Below, one piece after another: positions 55,201 through 64,000 of a stretch of 64,000 bases of DNA. A program made the position numbers and the translations under genes. The notes under the pieces are model-generated. The model was not told the DNA's origin, made no database searches, and saw nothing but the letters and a program-made list of their open reading frames with translations. Position 1 is the stretch's first letter; the number at the start of each line of letters is the position of its first letter. This DNA comes from Eledone cirrhosa (lineage: Eukaryota). The stretch covers positions 23,560,001-23,624,000 of the forward strand of contig OZ024753.1 of assembly GCA_964016885.1 (NCBI GenBank). Direction: 5' to 3'.

Positions 55201-58200
55201 GTGATTGCTAGGTTAATGGGTAAATGTGAGAAAATGGATGACAGAGATTGCTAGGTTAAAGGGTAAAGGTGAGTAACTGGATGACAGAGATTGCTAGTTC
55301 AATGGGTAAAAGTGAGTAAATGGATTACAGATGTTGCTATGTTGTTGGGTAAAAGTGAGTAAATGGATGACAGAGATTGCTAGGTTAATGGGTAAAAGTG
55401 AGTAAATGGATGACAGAGATTGCTAGGTTAATGGGTAAATGTTAGAAAATGGATGACAGTGATTGCTAGGTTAATGGGTAAAGGTGTGAAAATGGATGAC
55501 AGAGATTGCTAGCTAAATGGGTAAAGGTGAAAAATTGGGTGACAGAGATTGCTAGGTTAATGGGTAAAGGTGAGAAAATGGATGACAGAGATCGCTAGGT
55601 TAATGGTTAAAGTTGAGAAAATGGATGACAGAGATCGCTAGGTTAATGGTCAAAGGTGAGAAAATGGATGACAGTGATTGCTAGGTTAATGGGTAAAGGT
55701 GTGAAAATGGATGAGAGAGATTGATAGTTTAATGGGTAAAGGTGAGAAAATGGATGACAGAGATTGCTAGGTAAATGGGTAAAAATGAGAAACTGGATGA
55801 CAGAGATTGCTAGGTTAATGGGTAAAGGTGAGAAAATGGATGACAGAGATTGCTAGGTTAATGGGTAGAGGTGAGAAATTGGTTGATAGTGATTGCTAGG
55901 TTAATGGGTAAATGTGAGAAAATGGATGACAGAGATTGCTAGGTTAAAGGGTAAAGGAGAGTAACTGGATGACAGAGATTGCTAGGTTAATGGGTAAAAG
56001 TGAGTAAATGGATGACAGAGATTGCTATGTTAATGGGTAAGGGTAAGAAATTTGATGACAGAGAGCGCGAGGTTAATGGGTAAAGGTGAGAAATTTGATG
56101 GCAGAGATTGCTAGGTTAATGGGTAAAGGTGAGACAATGGATGAGAGAGTTTGGTAGGTTAATCGGTAAAGGTAGGAAATTGGATGACAGAGATTGCTAG
56201 TTCAATGGGTAAAGGTGAGAAAATGGATGACAGAGATCGCTAGGTTAATGGGTAAAGGTGAGAAATTTGATGGCAGAGATTGCTAGGTTAATGGGTAATG
56301 GTAAGAAAATGGATGACAGAGATTGGTAGGTTAATGTGTAAATGTTAGAAAATGGATGACAGAGATTGCTTGGATAATGGGTATAAATGAGAAACTGCAT
56401 GACAGAGATTGCTAGGTTAATGGGTAAAGGTGTGAAAATGGATGAGAGAGATTGATAGTTTAATGGGTAAAGGTGAGAAAATGGATGACAGAGATTGCTA
56501 GGTAAATGGGTAAAAATGAGAAACTGGATGACAGAGATTGCTAGGTTAATGGGTAAAGGTGAGAAAATGGATGACAGAGATTGCTAGGTTAATGGGTAGA
56601 GGTGAGAAATTGGTTGATAGTGATTGCTAGGTTAATGGGTAAATGTGAGAAAATGGATGACAGAGATTGCTAGGTTAAAGGGTAAAGGTGAGTAACTGGA
56701 TGACAGAGATTGCTAGGTTAATGGGTAAAAGTGAGTAAATGGATGACAGAGATTGCTATGTTAATGGGTAAGGGTAAGAAATTTGATGACAGAGATTGCG
56801 AGGTTAATGGGTAAAGGTGAGAAATTTGATGGCAGAGATTGCTAGGTTAATGGGTAAAGGTGAGAAAATGGATGAGAGAGTTTGGTAGGTTAATCGGTAA
56901 AGGTAGGAAATTGGATGACAGAGATTGCTAGTTCAATGGGTAAAGGTGAGAAAATGGATGGCAGAGATCGCTAGGTTAATGGGTAAAGGTGAGAAATTGG
57001 ATGGCAGAGATTGCTAGGTTAATGGGTAAAGGTAAGAAAATGGATGACAGAGATTGGTAGGTTAATGTGTAAATGTTAGAAAATGGATGACAGAGATTGC
57101 TTGGATAATGGGTAAAAATGAGAAACTGGATGACAGAGATTGCTAGGTTAATGGGTAAAGGTGAGAAAATGGATGACAGAGATTGCTAGGTTAATGGGTA
57201 AAGGTGTGAAAATGGATGACAGAGATTGATAGGTTAATGGGTAAAGGTGAGAAAATGGATGAGAGAGATTGCTAGGTTAATGGGTAAAAATGAGAAACTG
57301 GATGACAGAGATTGCTAGGTTAATGCGTAAAGGTGAGGAAATGGATGACAGAGATTGCTAGGTTAATGGGTATAGGCGAGAAATTGGTTGATAGTGATTG
57401 CTAGATTATTGGGTAAATGTGAGAAAATGGATGACAGAGATTGCTAGGTTAAAGGTTAAAGGTGAGTAACTGGATGACAGAGATTGCTAGGTTAATGGGT
57501 AAAAGTGAGTAAATGGATTACGGATGTTGCTAGGTTATTGGGTAAAAGTGAGTAAATGGATGACAGATATTGCTAGGTTAATGGTTAAAAGTTAGTAAAT
57601 GGATGACAGAATTGCTAGGTTAATGGGTAAAGGTGAGAAAATGGATGACAGAGATTGCTATGTTAATGGGTAAGGGTAAGAAAATGGATGACAGTGATTG
57701 CTAGGTTAATGGGTAAAGGTGAGAAAATGGATGAGAGAGTTTGGTAGGTTAATCGGTAAAGGTAGGAAATTGGATGACAGAGATTGCTAGTTCAATGGGT
57801 AAAGGTGAGAATATGGATGGCAGAGATCGCTAGGTTAATGGGTAAAGGTGAGAAATTTGATGGCAGTGATTGCTAGGTTAATGGGTAAAGGTAAGAAAAT
57901 GGATGACAGAGATTGGTAGGTTAATGTGTAAATGTTAGAAAATGGATGACAGAGATTGGTAGGTTAATGGGTAAAGGTGAGACAATGGATGACAGAGATT
58001 GCTTGGATAATGGGTAAAAATGAGAAACTGGATGACAGAGATTGCTAGGTTAATGGGTAAAGGTGCGAAAATGGATGACAGAGATTGCTAGGTTAATGGG
58101 TAGAGGTGAGAAATTGGTTGATAGTGATTGCTAGGTTAATGGGTAAATGTGAGAAAATGGATGACAGAGATTGCTAGGTTAAAGGGTAAAGGTGAGTAAC

Positions 58201-61200
58201 TGGATGACAGAGATTGCTAGGTTAATGGGTAAAAGTGAGTAAATGGATTACAGAGGTTGCTAGGTTATTGGGTAAAAGTGAGTAAATGGATGACAGAGAT
58301 TGCTAGGTTAATGGGTAAAAGTGAGTAAATGGTTGACAGAGATTGCTAGGTTAATGGGTAAAGGTGAGAAAATGGATGACAGAGATTGGTATGTTAATGG
58401 GTAAGGGTAAGAAAATGGATGCCAGAGATTGCTAGGCTAATGGGTAACGGTGAGAAAATGGATGACAGTGATTCCTAGGTTAATGGGTAAATGTTAGAAA
58501 ATGGATGACAGAGATTGCTAGGTTAATGGGTAAATGTTAGAAAATGGATGACAGCGATTGGTAGGTTAATGGGTAAAGGTGAGACAATGGATGACAGAGA
58601 TTGCTTGGATAATGGGTAAAAATGAGAAACTGGATGACATAGATTGCTAGGTTAATGGGTAAAGGTGAGAAAATGGATGACAGAGATTGCTAGGATAATG
58701 GGTAGAGGTGAGAAATTGGTTGATAGTGATTGCTAGGTTAATGGGTAAATGTGAGAAAATGGATGACAGAGATTGCTAGGTTAAAGGGTAAAGGTGAGTA
58801 ACTGGATGACAGAGATTGCTAGTTCAATGGGTAAAAGTGAGTAAATGGATTACAGATGTTGCTAGGTTGTTGGGTAAAAGTGAGTAAATGGATGACAGAG
58901 ATTGCTAGGTTAATGGGTAAAAGTGAGTAAATGGATGACAGAGATTGCTAGGTTAATGGGTAAATGTTAGAAAATGGATGACAGTGATTGCTAGGTTAAT
59001 GGGTAAAGGTGTGAAAATGGATGACAGAGATTGCTAGCTAAATGGGTAAAGGTGAAAAATTGGGTGACAGAGATTGCTAGGTTAATGGGTAAAGGTGAGA
59101 AAATGGATGACAGAGATCGCTAGGTTAATGGTTAAAGTTGAGAAAATGGATGACAGAGATCGCTAGGTTAATGGTCAAAGGTGAGAAAATGGATGACAGT
59201 GATTGCTAGGTTAATGGGTAAAGGTGTGAAAATGGATGAGAGAGATTGATAGTTTAATGGGTAAAGGTGAGAAAATGGATGACAGAGATTGCTAGGTAAA
59301 TGGGTAAAAATGAGAAACTGGATGACAGAGATTGCTAGGTTAATGGGTAAAGGTGAGAAAATGGATGACAGAGATTGCTAGGTTAATGGGTAGAGGTGAG
59401 AAATTGGTTGATAGTGATTGCTAGGTTAATGGGTAAATGTGAGAAAATGGATGACAGAGATTGCTAGGTTAAAGGGTAAAGGAGAGTAACTGGATGACAG
59501 AGATTGCTAGGTTAATGGGTAAAAGTGAGTAAATGGATGACAGAGATTGCTATGTTAATGGGTAAGGGTAAGAAATTTGATGACAGAGAGCGCGAGGTTA
59601 ATGGGTAAAGGTGAGAAATTTGATGGCAGAGATTGCTAGGTTAATGGGTAAAGGTGAGAAAATGGATGAGAGAGTTTGGTAGGTTAATCGGTAAAGGTAG
59701 GAAATTGGATGACAGAGATTGCTAGTTCAATGGGTAAAGGTGAGAAAATGGATGACAGAGATCGCTAGGTTAATGGGTAAAGGTGAGAAATTTGATGGCA
59801 GAGATTGCTAGGTTAATGGGTAATGGTAAGAAAATGGATGACAGAGATTGGTAGGTTAATGTGTAAATGTTAGAAAATGGATGACAGAGATTGCTTGGAT
59901 AATGGGTATAAATGAGAAACTGCATGACAGAGATTGCTAGGTTAATGGGTAAAGGTGAGAAAATGGATGACAGAGATTGCTAGGTTAATGGGTAAAGGTG
60001 TGAAAATGGATGACAGAGATTGATAGGTTAATGGGTAAAGGTGAGAAAATGATGAGAGAGATTGCTAGGTTAATGGGTAAAAATGAGAAACTGGATGACA
60101 GAGATTGCTAGGTTAATGCGTAAAGGTGAGGAAATGGATGACAGAGATTGCTAGGTTAATGGGTATAGGCGAGAAATTGGTTGATAGTGATTGCTAGGTT
60201 ATTGGGTAAATGTGAGAAAATGGATGACAGAGATTGCTAGGTTAAAGGTTAAAGGTGAGTAACTGGATGACAGAGATTGCTAGGTTAATGGGTAAAAGTG
60301 AGTAAATGGATTACGGATGTTGCTAGGTTATTGGGTAAAAGTGAGTAAATGGATGACAGAGATTGCTAGGTTAATGGTTAAAAGTGAGTAAATGGATGAC
60401 AGAATTGCTAGGTTAATGGGTAAAGGTGAGAAAATGGATGACAGAGATTGCTATGTTAATGGGTAAGGGTAAGAAAATGGATGACAGTGATTGCTAGGTT
60501 AATTGGTAAAGGTGAGAAAATGGATGAGAGAGTTTGGTAGGTTAATCGGTAAAGGTAGGAAATTGGATGACAGAGATTGCTAGTTCAATGGGTAAAGGTG
60601 AGAATATGGATGGCAGAGATCGCTAGGTTAATGGGTAAAGGTGAGAAATTTGATGGCAGAGATTGCTAGGTTAATGGGTAAAGGTAAGAAAATGGATGAC
60701 AGAGATTGGTAGGTTAATGTGTAAATGTTAGAAAATGGATGACAGAGATTGGTAGGTTAATGGGTAAAGGTGAGACAATGGATGACAGAGATTGCTTGGA
60801 TAATGGGTAAAAATGAGAAACTGGATGACAGAGATTGCTAGGTTAATGGGTAAAGGTGCGAAAATGGATGACAGAGATTGCTAGGTTAATGGGTAGAGGT
60901 GAGAAATTGGTTGATAGTGATTGCTAGGTTAATGGGTAAATGTGAGAAAATGGATGACAGAGATTGCTAGGTTAAAGGGTAAAGGTGAGTAACTGGATGA
61001 CAGAGATTGCTAGGTTAATGGGTAAAAGTGAGTAAATGGATTACAGAGGTTGCTAGATTATTGGGTAAAAGTGAGTAAATGGATGACAGAGATTGCTAGG
61101 TTAATGGGTAAAAGTGAGTAAATGGATGACAGAGATTGCTAGGTTAATGGGTAAAGGTGAGAAAATGGATGACAGAGATTGGTATGTTAATGGGTAAGGG

Positions 61201-61345
61201 TAAGAAAATGGATGCCAGAGATTGCTAGGCTAATGGGTAACGGTGAGAAAATGGATGACAGTGATTCCTAGGTTAATGGGTAAATGTTAGAAAATGGATG
61301 ACAGAGATTGCTAGGTTAATGGGTAAATGTTAGAAAATGGATGAC
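52210..61345. repeat. Young HOR block 2: about three copies of a 65-monomer (2794-bp) unit with an extra 17-monomer segment
   Basis: Marker aatggtcaaagg at ~52857, 55651 and 59176 (spacings 2794, 3525). Marker gggtataggcgag at ~53852, 57377 and 60170 (3525, 2793). Marker gcgagg at 53274, 56068, 56799 and 59593 (2794, 731, 2794). Confidence 0.92.
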
Positions 61346-64000
61346 AGAGATTGGTAGGTTAATGGGTAAAGGTGAGACAATGGATGACAGGGATTGCTTG
61401 GTTCATGGGTAAAGGTGAGTAACTGGATGACAGAGATTGCTAGGTTAATGGTTAAAAGTGAGTAAATGGAAGACAGAGATTGCTAGGTTAATCGGTAAAG
61501 GTGGGAAATTGGGTGACAGAGATTGCTAGTTCAATGGGTAAATGTGAGAAAATGGATGACAGAGATTGCTAGGTTAATGGGTAAAGGTGAGAAATTTGAT
61601 GACAGAGATATCTAGGTTAGTGGGCAAAGGTGAGAAATTTGATGACAGAGATTGCTAGGTTAATGGGTAAAGGTGAGAAAATGGATGACAGAGATTGCTA
61701 GGTTAATGGGTAAAGCTGAGAATATGGATGACAGAGATTGCTAGCTTAATGGGTAAACCTGCGAAAATGGATGACAGAGATTGCTAGGTTAATGGGTAAA
61801 GGTTAGGAAATGGGTGACAGAGATTGCTAGGCTAATGGGTAAAGGTGAGAAAATGGATGACAGTGATTCCTAGGTTAATGGGTAAATGTTAGAAAATGGA
61901 TGACAGAGAGTGCTAGGTTAATGGGTAAATGTTAGAAAATGGATGACAGAGATTGGTAGGTTAATGGGTAAAGGTGAGACAATGGATGACAGAGATTGCT
62001 TGGTTAATGGGTAAAGGTGAGTAACTGGATGACAGAGATTGCTAGGTTAATGGTTAAAAGTGAGTAAATGGAAGACAGAGATTGCTAGGTTAATCGGTAA
62101 AGGTGGGAAATTGGATGACAGAGATTGCTAGTTCAATGGATAAACGTGAGAAAATGGATGACAGAGATTGCTAGGTTAATGGGTAAAGGTCAGACAATGG
62201 ATGACAGAGATTGCTTGGTTAATGGGTAAAGGTGAGTAAATGAATTACAGAGGATGCTAGGTTAATGGGTAAAGGTGAGAAAATGGATGACACAGATTGC
62301 TAGGTTAATGGGTAAAGGTGAGAAAATGGATGACAGATATTGCTAGGTTAATCGGTAAAGGTGAGAAATTTGATGACAGAGATTCCTAGGTTAATGGGTA
62401 AAAGTGAGAAATTTGATGACAGAGATTGCTAGGTTAATGGCTAAAGGTTAGGAAATGGATGACAGAGATTGCTAGGTTAATGGGTAAAAGTAAGAAATTG
62501 GATGACAGAGATTGGTAGGTTAATGGGTAAAGGTGAGACAATTGATGACAGAGATTGCTTGGTTAATGGGTAAAGGTGAGAAAATGGATGACAGACATTG
62601 CTAGATTAATGGGTAAATGTTAGAAAATGGATTACAGAGATTGGTAGGTTAATGGGTAAAGGTGAGACAATGGATGACAGACATTGCTTGCATAATGGGT
62701 AAAGGTGAGAAAATGGATGACAGAGATTACTAGGTTAATGGGTAAATGTTAATAAATGGATGACAGAGATTGCTAGGTTAATGGTTAAAAGTGAGTAAAT
62801 GGATGACAGAGATTGCTAGGTTAATCGGTAAAGGTGGGAAATTGGATGACAGACATTGCTAGTTCAATGGGTAAATGTGAGAAAATGGATGACAGAGATT
62901 GCTAGGTTAATGGGTAAAGGTGAGTAACTGGATGACAGAGATTGCCAGGTTAAAGGGTAAAGCTGAGTAACTGGATGACAGTGATTGCTAGGTTAATGGT
63001 TAAAAGAGAGAAATTGGATGACAGAGATTGGTAGGTTAATGGGTAAATGTGAGACGATGGATGACAGAGATCGCTTGGTTAATGGGTAAAGGTGAGAAAA
63101 TGGATATCAGAGATTGCTAGGTTAATGGGTAAATGTTAGAAAATGGATGACAGAGATTGCTAGGTTAATGGGTAAAGGTGAGTAAATGGATAACAGAGGT
63201 TGCTAGGTTAATGGGTAAAGGTGAGAAAATGGATGACAGAGATTGCTAGGTTAATCGGTAAAGGTGAGAAATTTGATGACAGATATTCCTAGGTTCATGG
63301 GTAAAAGTGAGAAGTTTGATGACAGAGATTGCTAGGTTAATGGCTAAAGGTTAGGAAATGGATGACAGTGATTGCTAGGTTAATGGGTAAATGTTAGAAA
63401 ATCGATGACAAAGATTGCTATATTAATGGGTAAAGGTGAGAAAATGGATGACAGAGATTGCTAGGTTAATGGGTAAAGGTGAGAAAATGGATGACAGAGT
63501 TTAGTTGGTTAATCGGTAAAGGTGGGAAATTGGATGACAGAGATCGCTAGGTTAATGGTTAAAGGTGAGAAAATGGATGACAGTGATTGCTAGGTTAATG
63601 GGTAAACTTGTGAAAATGGATGACAGAGATTGATCGGTTAATGGGTAAAGGTGAGAAAATGGATGACAGAGATTTGGTAGGTTAATGGGTAAAGGTGAGA
63701 AAATGGATGACAGAGTTTAGTTGGTTAATCGGTAAAGGTGGGAAATTGGATGACAGAGATCGCTAGTTCAATTGGTAAAGGTGAGAAAATGGATGGCAGA
63801 GATCGCTAGGTTAATGGGTAAAGGTGAGTAATTTGATGACAGAGATTGCTAGGTTAATGGGTAAAGGTAAGAAAATGGATGACAGAGATTGGTAGGTTAA
63901 TGTGTAAATGTTAGAAAATGGATGACAGCGATTGGTAGGTTAATGGGTAAAGGTGAGACAATGGATGACAGAGATTGCTTGGATAATGGGTAAAAATGAG

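Larger units (their letters stand above)
5453..64000. repeat. 43-bp satellite DNA array, about 1360 head-to-tail monomers in one orientation; continues past the right edge
   Basis: Consensus GGATGACAGAGATTGCTAGGTTAATGGGTAAAGGTGAGAAAAT. The period was checked at 10443->10486. Consensus composition is A16 G15 T10 C2 with no CpG. No insertions or inversions were seen. Confidence 0.99.

Noticed and set aside
5453-64000. CRISPR-like pattern (constant ~30 nt plus variable ~13 nt)
   Set aside because: The variable parts are point variants of one sequence rather than unique spacers, and they are too short. There are no cas genes or leader, and the context is eukaryotic.
5453-64000. Repetitive protein-coding sequence on either strand
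   Set aside because: The 43-bp unit is not a multiple of 3 and has stop triplets on both strands (TGA/TAG/TAA on +, TAA/TAG on -). The ORF track shows nothing here.
5453-64000. True telomeric repeat tract
   Set aside because: There is no tandem TTAGGG or TTAGG run, only degenerate similarity inside a 43-bp unit.

Overview
The window is non-coding eukaryotic repetitive DNA, and I found no credible protein-coding gene, CRISPR array or prokaryote-type system. Positions 1-~5168 are a 13-bp minisatellite (AATATTTCTCTAY) organised in ~1.2-kb higher-order units. It carries two tRNA-type SINE copies with A/B boxes (3821-4007, 4411-4575) and three co-amplified SINE 3' fragments. Positions ~5170-5450 are a junction with (CT)n and an inverted SINE fragment. 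Positions ~5453-64000 are one uninterrupted 43-bp satellite (GGATGACAGAGATTGCTAGGTTAATGGGTAAAGGTGAGAAAAT, about 1360 monomers by length/43). This satellite is layered into variant domains and contains two young multi-kb higher-order-repeat (HOR) blocks with periods of 2361/3991 bp and 2794/3525 bp. From memory, the SINE resembles octopus tRNA-derived SINEs (OK/OR1/OR2 families), which suggests a cephalopod genome; this was not verified by a search. The most interesting signals are architectural: a SINE-minisatellite composite repeat with a candidate 17-bp target-site duplication (TSD), nested HORs that appear to split older layers, and a conserved order of monomer variants over ~50 kb. Coordinates were read by eye and may be off by a few bases; domain edges are approximate.
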